The notes beneath the pieces are model-generated. The model was not told where the DNA came from and ran no database searches. It was given only the letters and a program-made list of their open reading frames with translations. Positions 37,093 to 47,182 of a DNA stretch of 64,000 nucleotides are shown one piece after another; position 1 is the first letter of the stretch; each line of letters begins with the position of its first letter. The translations under genes were made by a program, and so were the position numbers. Source of the stretch: Acidobacteriota bacterium (GTDB lineage: Bacteria > Acidobacteriota > Aminicenantia > Aminicenantales > Aminicenantaceae); assembly GCA_030669585.1 (NCBI GenBank), contig DAOVDI010000001.1, positions 994 to 64,993 of the forward strand. Reading direction: 5' to 3'.

Positions 37093-37357
37093 TCTGGTCA
37101 ACAAAATCGCCAAGGAAATGGATATTTCCAAACAGGACGCGGAACTGGGTGTTAGTCATTTCTTTGATATCATCAAAGAAGCACTCATGTGTGGTGAAGA
37201 AATCGAGCTCAGAGGTTTCGGCAGTTTCCGTTTCAGAAAAAGGGAAGCTCGCTCTGGAAGAAATCCGCGCACAGGAGAGCCCGTACAGGTCCCCCCAAAA
37301 AAAGTCCTTTACTTCAAGCCAAGCAAACTACTGAAAAATCAGATCAATCAAAAATGA
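37079..37357 (+). CDS. ihfB: Integration host factor beta / HU-family DNA-binding protein. GTG start preceded by AGGAGG. The ORF track misplaces the start at 36884, inside the rpsA tail.
   Basis: VIKADLVNKIAKEMDISKQDAE...ELRGFGSFRFRKREARSGRNPRTGEPVQVPPKKVLYFKPSKLL is an HU/IHF fold. The position after rpsA mirrors proteobacterial rpsA-ihfB synteny. Confidence 0.8.
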   Translation: MIKADLVNKIAKEMDISKQDAELGVSHFFDIIKEALMCGEEIELRGFGSFRFRKREARSGRNPRTGEPVQVPPKKVLYFKPSKLLKNQINQK

Positions 37358-37842
37358 AATATATTTCTGCCCCATGGAGGGCGGATTATGTCAAAAAGGT
37401 GTTTAAAATGACCGGATGTATATTCTGTAACTCCTTGAAGATGAAGAACGACCGAAAAACCCTCATCCTTTTTAGAGGAAAATACAATTTTATCATGCTC
37501 AATAAGTATCCTTATAACGCAGGACACCTGATGATCGCTCCCTACAAACATCTGGATTCTCCAGAAAAAGCGGACAGAGCATCAACTCATGAAATGACGG
37601 ACCTGTTAAAAACAGCTCTCCATGTTTTACGGAATCATTACAATCCCCAGGGATTCAATACGGGAATGAACATCGGACGGAGTGCGGGGGCTGGAGTTGA
37701 AAGCCATTTTCATTTTCACATCATTCCACGCTGGGTCGGCGATTCAAATTTTATGCCGATCATCGGAAAGACCAAAGTTATCATTGAAAATCTGGATATC
37801 ACCTATGATCAGCTGATTCCCCTATTTAATAAACCCAAATAG
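37354..37842 (+). CDS. HIT-family protein
   Basis: Histidine-triad motif HFHFHIIPR and an N-terminal CxxC. Confidence 0.7.
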   Translation: MKYISAPWRADYVKKVFKMTGCIFCNSLKMKNDRKTLILFRGKYNFIMLNKYPYNAGHLMIAPYKHLDSPEKADRASTHEMTDLLKTALHVLRNHYNPQGFNTGMNIGRSAGAGVESHFHFHIIPRWVGDSNFMPIIGKTKVIIENLDITYDQLIPLFNKPK

Positions 37843-37875
37843 CATCTGTAAATAACACGATCTGAGAGACAAAAA

Positions 37876-39021
37876 ATGAATATTGACCTCACTGAAGAAC
37901 AGCAAATGCTCAAGAATATGGTCCGGGAGTTCGCCCGAAATGAGATCGAACCCAAGGCCAAAGAGCTTGAAGAAAAACATGAATTCCCGCACGTTTTTCT
38001 TAAGAAACTTGCAGAATTGGGAATTCTAGGAATGGGTGTTTCGCCTGACTTCGAAGGGACTAAAACAGACCACCTCTCGATCTATTTGGTCATTGAGGAA
38101 TTAAGCCGGGTCATGCCCTCGCTGGCAATCATTATCAGTGTCCACTGTTCACTATTCTGCCATCTCATCGGCCGATTCGGCTCACAGGAGCAGAAGGGAA
38201 AATATTTGCCCCGGGCTGCAAGGGGAGAGATCCTCGGTGCATTCAGCCTGACCGAACCGGGCGCCGGATCCGATATATCAAACTTGCTGACGTCAGCGGT
38301 CAGAGAGAGCGATTATTATATCCTGAACGGAACCAAAGCCTGGGTCACATGCGGCAGCGAGGCGGAATCCCTGATCATTTTTGCTCAGACCGAGATCGAG
38401 CAAGGCAGAAAAAAGCTTAGCGCTTTTATCGTGGATAAAGACTCCCCCGGTTTCCGTGTGTCCAAGATTGAAAACAAGATGGGACTAAACTCGTCTCTGA
38501 CTGCAGAGATCATGCTGGAAAACTGCAGGATTCCTGCAAGCAGCTTACTGGGTGAAGAGGGTCAAGGTTTAAAAATCGCCCTGCAGGGTCTTGATGGTTC
38601 CCGGATCGGGATCGCTGCACAAGCTCTCGGCATTGCTCAAAGAGCGCTGGATGAGGCCCTCAAGTACTCCAAAGAGAGGGGAGCTTTCGGGAAACCCCTT
38701 TCGAAAATACAGGCCATTCAATTTAAACTGGCAGACATAGCAACACAACTGGATGCGGCCAGACTGCTCACGTACCGGGCAGCCGACCTGTTTGACAATA
38801 AAAAACCCTTTACCAAGGAAGCAGCCATGGCCAAACTTTTCGCCTCTGAGGCAACAAATAAAATTGTTTATGAAGCCCTTCAGATCCATGGCGGATACGG
38901 ATATTCAAAAGAGTTTATCATAGAGCAGCTCTACAGGGATGCCCGTGTTTTACCCATCTATGAAGGAACCTCGGAGATCCAGAGAATGATCATTGCCAGA
39001 GAAATTATAAAAGGAAATTGA
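37876..39021 (+). CDS. Acyl-CoA dehydrogenase (short/butyryl-CoA type)
   Basis: ACAD N-, middle and C-terminal domains with a catalytic-base region (YEGTSEIQRMIIAREI). Confidence 0.85.
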   Translation: MNIDLTEEQQMLKNMVREFARNEIEPKAKELEEKHEFPHVFLKKLAELGILGMGVSPDFEGTKTDHLSIYLVIEELSRVMPSLAIIISVHCSLFCHLIGRFGSQEQKGKYLPRAARGEILGAFSLTEPGAGSDISNLLTSAVRESDYYILNGTKAWVTCGSEAESLIIFAQTEIEQGRKKLSAFIVDKDSPGFRVSKIENKMGLNSSLTAEIMLENCRIPASSLLGEEGQGLKIALQGLDGSRIGIAAQALGIAQRALDEALKYSKERGAFGKPLSKIQAIQFKLADIATQLDAARLLTYRAADLFDNKKPFTKEAAMAKLFASEATNKIVYEALQIHGGYGYSKEFIIEQLYRDARVLPIYEGTSEIQRMIIAREIIKGN

Positions 39022-39033
39022 GGTGTATTAAAG

Positions 39034-40965
39034 ATGTTAAGATCAATGAGAAAAAACCTGAAATCACTTGCCCCTGTTCTATGGTTTGTGATTATCGCAT
39101 TTATTATATCTATTTTTGCTGTCTGGGGCGGCGGAAGCATTGGAGGCGGTGGAAAGAACATCATTGCTAGAATCGGCAAGGAAAAGATCTCCAGGGATTT
39201 TTACTATTCAAGCCTGGTCCAGCGCCTGCAGGCCATGAGCAATGAGTACAAGGAGCTGGACGCAAACTTCATCCAGCAGCTCAATATCCCTCAGCAGGTT
39301 CTCGAGCAGATCGTCCAACGGACACTCCTGCTCCAGAGGGCCAAAGACATGGGATTAAAGGTCTCTGATGACGAGATCGCAGCAAAAATCAAAAGTTATC
39401 CGGTCTTTCAGAAGAACGGAAACTTCGCCGGTTTTGAACAGTACCAGAAAATTCTGAGCTGGAACCGGATATCCATATCCGAATTCGAAAAAAGCCTTGA
39501 AAGCGAGATCCTTATCGACAAGGTTATTAAATCCACCACTGCCGGAGTGATTATCACCGAGGATGAAGTCTGGGAAAATTACAAAAAAAATACAGAAAGC
39601 GCAAGACTGGAATACGCGGTCCTTGATGACAAAAGCATTAAGCTGGAAACAGAACCCAAAGAAGCCGAGCTTACGGAATACTTCAACACAAAAAAAGATA
39701 ATTATCGACTTCCCGAGCGCAGAGAAGCGGAGTATATCTTCTTTAAAACCGATGAACTGAAACCTGAGATCCAGGTCTCGGAAAAAGAGATCTCCAAATA
39801 TTACAATGAAAACGAAGCCCAGTTTAAAGAGCCTGAACAGACGCGCGTAAGCCGTATCTATTTTTCCTTTGAAGGCAAGGACAAAGAACTTGTTAGAACC
39901 GAAGCCGGAAATATTATCAATCGTCTGGAAAAAGACGAGGATTTTAGTGTCTTGGCGGAAATCTATTCTCAGGACGATAAAGCAAGCTCCAAAGGTGACT
40001 GGGGGCTTTTTGAGTGGCGAAATCTTCCGGCCAAGGAACAGGAAGCCATTAAAACCCTGGCAAAGGATCAGTACTCCGAACTTATCGAGTCAGAAGACGG
40101 CTTTTCCATCCTGAAGGTTACGGAAAAAAAGCCCGAAAGATTAACCCTTGTTGAACAGCTCACAGACAGGATCACCACGATCCTCAAGGACCAGAAAGCA
40201 AGAGGTGTTGCGGAACAGAAGATCGCTCAGTTCGAAAAAAATGCGAGAAAGGAAAAAAGCCTGGATGTGGCTGCACAGAAACTTGGATACAAGATCAAAA
40301 ATACAGGCTTGCTCAAGCAGGGGGATATTATTGAAGACATCGACCCCTCCGGATCCATCAGCAGTTCTCTTTTCAGCCTGAAAAACAATGGTCTTTCCTC
40401 CCCCATTTATACGTATAAGGGAGCAGGGCTCGCCCAGTTGAAAAAAATCGAAGAACCCCGGCCAGCCAGCTATGAAGAAGTCAAGGAACAGGTCAAGACT
40501 GATTTCACCGCAGAGAAAAAGAAATCTGTTGCCCTTGAAAAAATGAACCGGTTCAAAGCAGAGTTCAATAGAAGCGACTTTGATAAACTTGCGGAAAAAT
40601 ATAAAATGGAATACAAATCCGTTGAAGAACACAAGCGGGGGCAGTATCTCGGCACAGTAGGTGAAAATCAGACTATTGACAGCCTGGCTTTCTCTCTTGA
40701 TCTGAACGATATAAGCGACCCTATTGAATTTGAGAATGGTTATACCATTATCCGCGTTCTTGACCGAAAAGTCATAACAAAAGAAGATTTTACAAAGGAA
40801 AAAGAAAGCGAAAAAGAAAAACTCCTCGAATCAAAAAAGAATAAATTCTTCCAGTCTTTCCTGGCAAAATTAAGGGAAGATAAAAATATCAAGATCCGGT
40901 ACGATGTTTTTCTGAAAGTAAATTCGGATGTCCTGTCACGATTTTCCAAGGAAGGGGAAGAATAA
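39034..40965 (+). CDS. ppiD: Periplasmic chaperone / peptidyl-prolyl isomerase, PpiD/SurA-like
   Basis: N-terminal TM anchor, SurA_N-like domain and parvulin-like region. 643 aa. Confidence 0.65.
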   Translation: MLRSMRKNLKSLAPVLWFVIIAFIISIFAVWGGGSIGGGGKNIIARIGKEKISRDFYYSSLVQRLQAMSNEYKELDANFIQQLNIPQQVLEQIVQRTLLLQRAKDMGLKVSDDEIAAKIKSYPVFQKNGNFAGFEQYQKILSWNRISISEFEKSLESEILIDKVIKSTTAGVIITEDEVWENYKKNTESARLEYAVLDDKSIKLETEPKEAELTEYFNTKKDNYRLPERREAEYIFFKTDELKPEIQVSEKEISKYYNENEAQFKEPEQTRVSRIYFSFEGKDKELVRTEAGNIINRLEKDEDFSVLAEIYSQDDKASSKGDWGLFEWRNLPAKEQEAIKTLAKDQYSELIESEDGFSILKVTEKKPERLTLVEQLTDRITTILKDQKARGVAEQKIAQFEKNARKEKSLDVAAQKLGYKIKNTGLLKQGDIIEDIDPSGSISSSLFSLKNNGLSSPIYTYKGAGLAQLKKIEEPRPASYEEVKEQVKTDFTAEKKKSVALEKMNRFKAEFNRSDFDKLAEKYKMEYKSVEEHKRGQYLGTVGENQTIDSLAFSLDLNDISDPIEFENGYTIIRVLDRKVITKEDFTKEKESEKEKLLESKKNKFFQSFLAKLREDKNIKIRYDVFLKVNSDVLSRFSKEGEE

Positions 40966-41909
40966 TGAACAAAACATTGTTTCAGGCAGCAGAGAAGGCT
41001 GTTAAACAATCCTTATCCGTGAAACCGGGAGAAAGTTTTCTTCTGATCACAGACAAACAAAAAATGGATATCGCCGAAGCGCTGGCTTATTGGGCCAAAG
41101 AAGCCGGCGCAGAAACAACGACTTATCTCATGACGGAAACTCTGAGGCCAATCTCAAAACCGACGGCATTATTTAAAGATATGATGACCAAAGCAGATGT
41201 TATCACCTATATGCTGGACGCACGGATCGCAGAAAAACCCTTCCGGGGATATATGGTCAAAGCCGGAACCGAAGGAAGCCGGATATGCATGATGCCCGGG
41301 ATCACGATCGACATGATGGAACGCCTCATCAACATCGACTTTTCAGAGATGGACTCTTTCACACAAAAAGTCATATCTGCTATGGAAGACGCCGATGATG
41401 TAGTGGTCGAAAATCCTGACGGGACTTACCTCGAATGCAGCGTCAAAGGCCGAAAATGGAAAGCAGACAACGGCGATATCAGTCAAACTGGCTCCCATGG
41501 AAATCTTCCTGCCGGCGAGTGCTTTACAGCCCCTGTTGAGGAAAGCTTCACAGGAAAGCTGGTCATCAGCCTGATCGATGACAAACTGGGACACGGCGAG
41601 ATGATTTTTGATCGAGGAAAGCTTGTTGATTTTAAAGGCCATGGCATCAGAGAGATCATCAAAAACATCGGCAATGACGAGACAGGAAAGATCATCGGGG
41701 AATTCGGCATCGGCACAAATCCCGGCGCAAAGATCTGCCCCAATATGCTTGAGGCAGAGAAGGCTTTCGGCACTGCCCATTTTGCCATCGGCGACTCTTA
41801 CGGTCTCGGCACAAATTCAAGCTCCCATCATTATGATGCCCTCATTAACAAGGTTACTATCAAGGCCAAAGGCCGGACTATTGTCAAAAACGGACAATAT
41901 TTGATCTAG
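40965..41909 (+). CDS. Aminopeptidase, M29 (AmpS/PepS) family. Ends with a TAG stop.
   Basis: M29-like C-terminal region (GTNSSSHHYDALINKVTIKAKGRTIVKNGQYLI). Confidence 0.55.
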   Translation: MNKTLFQAAEKAVKQSLSVKPGESFLLITDKQKMDIAEALAYWAKEAGAETTTYLMTETLRPISKPTALFKDMMTKADVITYMLDARIAEKPFRGYMVKAGTEGSRICMMPGITIDMMERLINIDFSEMDSFTQKVISAMEDADDVVVENPDGTYLECSVKGRKWKADNGDISQTGSHGNLPAGECFTAPVEESFTGKLVISLIDDKLGHGEMIFDRGKLVDFKGHGIREIIKNIGNDETGKIIGEFGIGTNPGAKICPNMLEAEKAFGTAHFAIGDSYGLGTNSSSHHYDALINKVTIKAKGRTIVKNGQYLI

Positions 41910-41918
41910 ACTGCCCCA

Positions 41919-41946
41919 ACACTTGCTCCACCGGTTAAGACTCTTT
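41919..41946. terminator. Candidate bidirectional terminator hairpin, ACCGGT-N11-ACCGGT, between convergent genes
   Basis: Self-complementary 6-bp arms with an 11-nt loop in the 35-bp gap between the M29 gene and the plsC-like gene. There is no clear U-tract. Confidence 0.25.
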
Positions 41947-42706
41947 ACCGGTTCCGGATGATGTCCAGGATCATGCTGGTAACTTTTGCTTCGAGCGCCG
42001 CCCGGAAGCGTTCAATTGTGGCAGCCATATCGTCTTCCAGATAATCAGTAACATACATGGGTTCACTCACTCTGACCCGTATCTTGGCTGGAACAACCCA
42101 GGCGTAATGTGTGCCGAACATAGCAATTGGCGTGACCGGGATCTTCAAACCTGTTTCCTTGTACACATTATAGGCAATTATGGATGGTCCCCGGCGAAAT
42201 GGGTAAATATAGGGATTAGGATGTTCTGCTTGAATACGGCCCCGACCCTGAAGCGTAATGATCGCCCGTCCTTTTTTGACGTACTCCTGGCATTTCTGGA
42301 TAGCAAGACTTTTTTTCCACCCCATATCAACAGGGATCGAACCTACCTTTTCGATATTGGAAGAAATATAATCCACAAATAAGAATTTGATCGGGTTGAT
42401 CAAAAAATTTATAAAAGCTCCGATTTTCCCCATATGGCGGACAAGATGCCTCTTGACCAGCCAATTGAAATCATGCCGGGTAAAGATCTCCCTATTCGCA
42501 GTAAAAAAGACTAATCTGGGGATGATCTTGAAGATAGTGGACACATCTTTATAGGAACCGATATGGTTACCGACAATTATGTTTCCTCCCTCCTTCACAA
42601 AATTTTCCGATCCTTCTACAATCAGTTTCTTCCCAAGAAGAAAAAAATTGCAGATGCGGGTTACACGAGGTAGTAATTTGTAAAATTCTTCCTCATATTT
42701 TGACAT
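41945..42706 (-). CDS. 1-acyl-sn-glycerol-3-phosphate acyltransferase family (PlsC-like)
   Basis: HxxxxD-type motif (GNHIGSYKD). Confidence 0.6.
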   Translation of the reverse strand: MSKYEEEFYKLLPRVTRICNFFLLGKKLIVEGSENFVKEGGNIIVGNHIGSYKDVSTIFKIIPRLVFFTANREIFTRHDFNWLVKRHLVRHMGKIGAFINFLINPIKFLFVDYISSNIEKVGSIPVDMGWKKSLAIQKCQEYVKKGRAIITLQGRGRIQAEHPNPYIYPFRRGPSIIAYNVYKETGLKIPVTPIAMFGTHYAWVVPAKIRVRVSEPMYVTDYLEDDMAATIERFRAALEAKVTSMILDIIRNR

Positions 42707-42805
42707 TTTTTACACTTTTTTTATTCTAGCCTATTGCAGAGAAAAATTAAATGCAAAAAAGTAGCCCATCCCTATTAATTGTGATAATTTAACCTTTCTA
42801 AATCT

Positions 42806-44137
42806 ATGGACAATATTGGAAATCTAAAAAAAGACTGCTTGCTCATCTTTAAGGCGGGCCTGGAAGCGGTCGATCCGTTCAAGGCGGTAAGCCATCACAT
42901 CAAAACCGAAAATAATATCTTTCGTATCGGACAACACAAATATGACTTTTCTCAATATAAAAGAATTTTTGTTTTAGGAGCAGGAAAAGCCTCGGCCGCT
43001 ATGGCCAAACCTGTTGAAAATATTCTGGGAGACCGCATCACCGACGGGATCCTTAATGTGAAATACGGCCACAGCATACCTCTTAAGTTTATCCGCATCA
43101 ATGAGGCAGGACACCCCCTGCCGGATGAATCCGGATTTCAAGGCGCACAGCAGATAGTTGAATTGGCCCGGAGCGCCGGAGAAAAAGACCTTATTTTCTT
43201 TCTCATATCAGGCGGTGGCTCCGCTCTTCTTCCCTATCCTATACTTGGAATCACTCTGGATGAGATAAAAAAGCTTACTCAGATCCTCCTGAAGACCGGA
43301 GCCGCTATTCACGAGATCAACACTCTTCGAAAACATCTCTCCCTTGTCAAAGGAGGGAACCTGGCAAAGATCGCCTATCCGGCAACACTGATCTCCTTGA
43401 TCCTGTCTGACGTTATCAATGATGATCTGGACACCATCGCCTCCGGTCCTACAGTTCCGGATAACAGCACATTTCTTCAATGTAAACATATTCTTGAAAG
43501 ATATCACATCCTGGAAAAGATCCCCTCAGGGGTCCGGAAAATAATATCCAAAGGCGAAAAGGGCCTTATCCCTGAGACGCCAAAGCAAGACGATCCCGCA
43601 TTTCAGCGGACTCAGAACTGCATTGTGGGAAGCAATATCCAGGCCGCAAAGGCTGCCAGGGAGAAAGCAAAAGAACTGGGCTATAACAGCATGATCTTAT
43701 CCACTGTCGTATCGGGGGAAACCAGGGATGCTGCCGCAGCTCATGCCGCCATTGCCAGAAATATCCTCATGACCGGAAATCCCATAAAAAGACCTGCCTG
43801 CGTTATCTCCGGGGGAGAAACAACGGTTTCTATTCAAGGCGATGGCCTGGGTGGGCGCAACCAGGAGTTTGTTTTGGCTGCAGCCATGAACATCGACGGA
43901 TTGGAAAACACGGCCATATTGAGCTGCGGCACAGATGGCACGGACGGGCCTACAGACGCGGCAGGAGCCTATGCCGACGGCAAAACAATCCGGCGCGCCC
44001 GGAAGTTGGACCTAGATGCCGGACAGTTTTTACTGAACAATGATTCATACCATTTCTTCCAGCCGCTCGATGACCTGATAATAACAGGCCCCACATATAC
44101 AAATGTTATGGATCTGCATGTTATAATCGTTCAATAA
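42806..44137 (+). CDS. Glycerate kinase, MOFRL family (type-2)
   Basis: N-terminal VLGAGKAS and a C-terminal MOFRL-like region. Confidence 0.55.
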   Translation: MDNIGNLKKDCLLIFKAGLEAVDPFKAVSHHIKTENNIFRIGQHKYDFSQYKRIFVLGAGKASAAMAKPVENILGDRITDGILNVKYGHSIPLKFIRINEAGHPLPDESGFQGAQQIVELARSAGEKDLIFFLISGGGSALLPYPILGITLDEIKKLTQILLKTGAAIHEINTLRKHLSLVKGGNLAKIAYPATLISLILSDVINDDLDTIASGPTVPDNSTFLQCKHILERYHILEKIPSGVRKIISKGEKGLIPETPKQDDPAFQRTQNCIVGSNIQAAKAAREKAKELGYNSMILSTVVSGETRDAAAAHAAIARNILMTGNPIKRPACVISGGETTVSIQGDGLGGRNQEFVLAAAMNIDGLENTAILSCGTDGTDGPTDAAGAYADGKTIRRARKLDLDAGQFLLNNDSYHFFQPLDDLIITGPTYTNVMDLHVIIVQ

Positions 44138-44158
44138 TCGTTTGCAGGAGATGCTGTA

Positions 44159-45499
44159 ATGAAAAAAATTCTTGTTCTTGGGGCAGGCCGTTCTTCCACA
44201 ACTCTCATCCAATACCTGTTGGATCACTCATTTAATAACAAATGGAAGATCGTTCTGGGGGACATCTCTGAAGAGCTTGCCCTCCAGAAGATCAAGGATC
44301 ATCCCAACGGCAAGGCTGTGTGTTTTAATATCAGAGATAGAAAGCTCCGCCAGCAGCTCATAGAAGATACAGATCTTGTTATCTCCATGCTCCCACAACG
44401 GATGCACTATCCGGTAGCCCTGGGCTGCCTGAAATTCAGGAAACACATGATAACTGCTTCTTATGTCTCCCCCAAGATCAAAAGACTGGATAAAGAAGTC
44501 AAAAAGCATGACCTATTATTTCTGAACGAGATCGGACTTGATCCGGGGATCGACCACATGTCCGCGATGCGGATCATAGACAGGATCAGATCGCAGGGAG
44601 GCAAGATCACTGTATTCGATTCCTCCACCGGCGGATTGGTCGCCCCGGAGAGCGATAACAACCCCTGGCATTACAAATTCACGTGGAATCCCAGGAATGT
44701 CCTCCTTGCCGGCCAGGACGGCGCAAGATTCCTTTATAACTGCCGGTTTAAACACATCCCCTACCACAAACTCTTTCAGAGGATAGAGACAGTTAAGATC
44801 CAGGATATGGGCAATTTTGAGATCTATCCAAACCGGGATTCCCTTAAATATCAGAGCACATATGACATGTTTGACATCAAAACCATGTTTCGCGGAACAA
44901 TCAGGCGTTCAGGCTTTTGTGCGGCCTGGGATGTTTTTGTCCAGCTGGGTTTAACCGACGACACATATCTTATCGAGCAGGTCGAAAACATGACCTACCG
45001 GGATTTTATCAACATCTACCTGAAATATCACAAACACCTTCCTGTTGAGAAAAAACTGGCCGCATACCTCGGCATCAAAGAAAATTCCGAGGTCATGAAA
45101 AGGATCCAGTGGACAGGCATATTTGAAGAAACATTGATCGGTCTAAAAAAAGCCACGCCTGCCCAGATATTACAGAAACTGCTCGAATCCAAATGGAAGC
45201 TCGATCCCGATGACAAAGATATGATCGTCATGCTTCATAGAATAAAGTACATTTTAAACGGCGAAAAAAATAATATCTGGACCATTCTGGTTGTCATTGG
45301 GAGCGACCCGGAAAACACAGCCATGGCCAAAACAGTCGGCCTTCCCGTAGGAATAGCAGCCAAGCTGATCCTGGAAGACAGGATCTCGGCCCGGGGCATT
45401 CAGATCCCCCTGCTTAAGGAGATCTATGAACCGGTCCTGAATGAACTGGAAGAGCACGGGATCCGATTCATAGAGGAAGATCGAGAGTTCGATGTATAA
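44159..45499 (+). CDS. Saccharopine dehydrogenase-family NAD(P)-binding protein
   Basis: Rossmann N-terminus ILVLGAGRSS. 446 aa. Confidence 0.6.
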   Translation: MKKILVLGAGRSSTTLIQYLLDHSFNNKWKIVLGDISEELALQKIKDHPNGKAVCFNIRDRKLRQQLIEDTDLVISMLPQRMHYPVALGCLKFRKHMITASYVSPKIKRLDKEVKKHDLLFLNEIGLDPGIDHMSAMRIIDRIRSQGGKITVFDSSTGGLVAPESDNNPWHYKFTWNPRNVLLAGQDGARFLYNCRFKHIPYHKLFQRIETVKIQDMGNFEIYPNRDSLKYQSTYDMFDIKTMFRGTIRRSGFCAAWDVFVQLGLTDDTYLIEQVENMTYRDFINIYLKYHKHLPVEKKLAAYLGIKENSEVMKRIQWTGIFEETLIGLKKATPAQILQKLLESKWKLDPDDKDMIVMLHRIKYILNGEKNNIWTILVVIGSDPENTAMAKTVGLPVGIAAKLILEDRISARGIQIPLLKEIYEPVLNELEEHGIRFIEEDREFDV

Positions 45500-45513
45500 A
45501 ATGGAGATGATAA

Positions 45514-46731
45514 ATGAAAAAAATCGCCTTATTGCTTTCAATCTTAATTCCGCTGTTTCTCCCTTTAAATGCCACTGATATCCTTTTGATAGGGGACGAG
45601 GAAGGAGAGGGCAAGCTGCTCATGCCCTCCCGGATCGAGGAAGGCCCGGACAGCAACATTTATATCTACGACCAGATGGATTCCCAGATCAAGGTTTTTT
45701 CCCCGGATGGAAAATACTTAAGAAAGATCGGGGGCAAAGGCCAGGGCCCTGGCGAGATCCAGCGTGCAGACGGGTTATCTTTTGGTTTCACTCCGGACGG
45801 AAACCTGTATTTCACAGAATATTTTCAAGGCCATCCCTGGATGACGTTTATGGAGTTATCTGGAACATTTATCAAGGCGTTGAAGTATGATAAGAATAGA
45901 TTTTTCGGCGTCTGGGATGCCGCTCCCCTTCCGGATGGCCGCTTTCTGATCGAATTTCATTACACAGGCAGGCCGGAAAAAAAGAAGGATTATTTCTTCC
46001 ACAGTTCTCCCACTGAACTCACTGTTATCGACTCTTCCGGAAAGCTCCATTCCAGGATCAAAAGCACAAAGCATTTTACCCGGATCTCATTTATGGATTC
46101 AGGCGCTGATTCTCCCATCCCCTTTACCCCTCGCTTTCTCTGGTGCCCATTTAAAATGGGAACGGTTCTATTTTCAGAAGGGCTCAGCACAAAACTTCAG
46201 GTCTATGATTATAATGGAAAACTGGTCAATGAAATTGACACTCCTCTGCCAAAACCGGAAAAAGTCACAGGAAAACATCTGAGCCAATGGCGCGAGGAAA
46301 GGAAGGAAATGATGCGGTCCCGGAATGTTAACTGGTACAACCGGTTCGGCAAAGTCATCGAAAAATACAAAAAATCCATCCACAAGGTGAAACCCAATCT
46401 CTCCGGTTTATCCTTCACACCAGATGGAAATATACTGTTGGCAGGTCAAGGAAATGAAGAAACCCGGTCAACTAAATACTGGCTTCTCGATGAAAAGGGG
46501 CAAACGCTTACCAGGATCAATACAGCGGCTATGGGGATAAAAATATCTCCACAATTTATATTTTTCGGCACAGTGGATGAGGATTATATTATCAAGACCT
46601 ATGCCCTGAAACGACAGGGAGACGAGGCTTCAGACCTCAAACAGGTAGAAGTTTATTTAACCAGGAAAAACAGTCTATCGAAGTCTATTGAGGTCCATAG
46701 AAGTCTATCGAAGTCAAAAAGAGTTTGTTGA
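45514..46731 (+). CDS. Six-bladed beta-propeller lipoprotein-like hypothetical protein. The last roughly 20 codons are encoded by a decamer repeat array.
   Basis: Signal peptide and beta-propeller-like repeats. The C-terminus (...NSLSKSIEVHRSLSKSKRVC) is translated from the 10-bp array at 46671-46720. Confidence 0.55.
   Translation: MKKIALLLSILIPLFLPLNATDILLIGDEEGEGKLLMPSRIEEGPDSNIYIYDQMDSQIKVFSPDGKYLRKIGGKGQGPGEIQRADGLSFGFTPDGNLYFTEYFQGHPWMTFMELSGTFIKALKYDKNRFFGVWDAAPLPDGRFLIEFHYTGRPEKKKDYFFHSSPTELTVIDSSGKLHSRIKSTKHFTRISFMDSGADSPIPFTPRFLWCPFKMGTVLFSEGLSTKLQVYDYNGKLVNEIDTPLPKPEKVTGKHLSQWREERKEMMRSRNVNWYNRFGKVIEKYKKSIHKVKPNLSGLSFTPDGNILLAGQGNEETRSTKYWLLDEKGQTLTRINTAAMGIKISPQFIFFGTVDEDYIIKTYALKRQGDEASDLKQVEVYLTRKNSLSKSIEVHRSLSKSKRVC
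46671..46720. repeat. Tandem array of five 10-bp units, consensus RAGTCYATNG (copy 3)
   Basis: cagtctatcg/aagtctattg/aggtccatag/aagtctatcg/aagtcaaaaa. Confidence 0.8.
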
Positions 46732-46739
46732 GTTTATTG

Positions 46740-46815
46740 GGTTCATTGTGTTCTTTGAGTTATTTTAATTAGATTTAACTCAATAAACCCAATAAGCTCA
46801 ATGAGCTCAAAGAAC
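46740..46815. repeat. Long imperfect dyad of the mosaic repeat family, with about 30-bp arms around TTTTAATTAGATTT
   Basis: tttattgggttcattgtgttctttgagtta...taactcaataaacccaataagctcaatgagctcaaagaac. There is a homologue at 1970-2040 and fragments at 63965-64000. Confidence 0.6.
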
Positions 46816-46818
46816 TGG

Positions 46819-46838
46819 ATTCCCGTTTACACGGGAAT
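46819..46838. repeat. Hairpin module ATTCCCGT-TTAC-ACGGGAAT
   Basis: Same module as 2041-2060 with one loop difference. Confidence 0.7.
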
Positions 46839-46887
46839 GACGAGACAAACGAGATGTACGATTTTATGAATCATTCAGAATCCCTGG

Positions 46888-47005
46888 ATGATTCACGGGT
46901 CGAGATTGCCGTAGCTGCGAGAAGTGGTTCGTGAAGCTGTATTTATATACTGCGAACGGAACACGACGAAGCCACTGCGGTAAGATCGGCCCGCCCGAAG
47001 GGTAA
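46888..47005. ncRNA. Structured-RNA-like repeat module, copy B1
   Basis: Homologous to 2230-2350. Outer stem CGGGTCGAGATT/AAGATCGGCCCG, inner GTTCG-...-CGAAC. Confidence 0.35.
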
Positions 47006-47077
47006 AAAGATAGAAAGAGAGGGTTCAAGGATTCGAGTGTTTTTATTGTGTCCCATTGAATTGAGTGCCTGGACTAT

Positions 47078-47182
47078 TTACGATTCGAGGTTGATGCATC
47101 TGCAAGAGGCTGTTCGTGAAGCCGTATTTATATACTGCGAACGGACAGCAACGCAGCAGATGGGATAAGATCGGCTCGTAAA
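47078..47182. ncRNA. Structured-RNA-like repeat module, copy B2
   Basis: The outer stem shows a compensatory change relative to B1 (CGATT.../...GGCTCG versus CGGGT.../...GGCCCG). Confidence 0.35.

Noticed and set aside
46930-46990. Cobalamin riboswitch B12-box (GCCACTG) in structured module copy B1
   Set aside because: The heptamer is not conserved in copies A and B2, and the surrounding B12-element consensus (GGGAAGG and others) is missing.
47100-47150. Group II intron domain V-like string GAAGCCGTAT...GCGAAC in copy B2
   Set aside because: It lacks the paired GAGCCGUAUGCG/CGCACGUACGGUUC architecture. There is no intron-encoded reverse transcriptase and no other intron domains.
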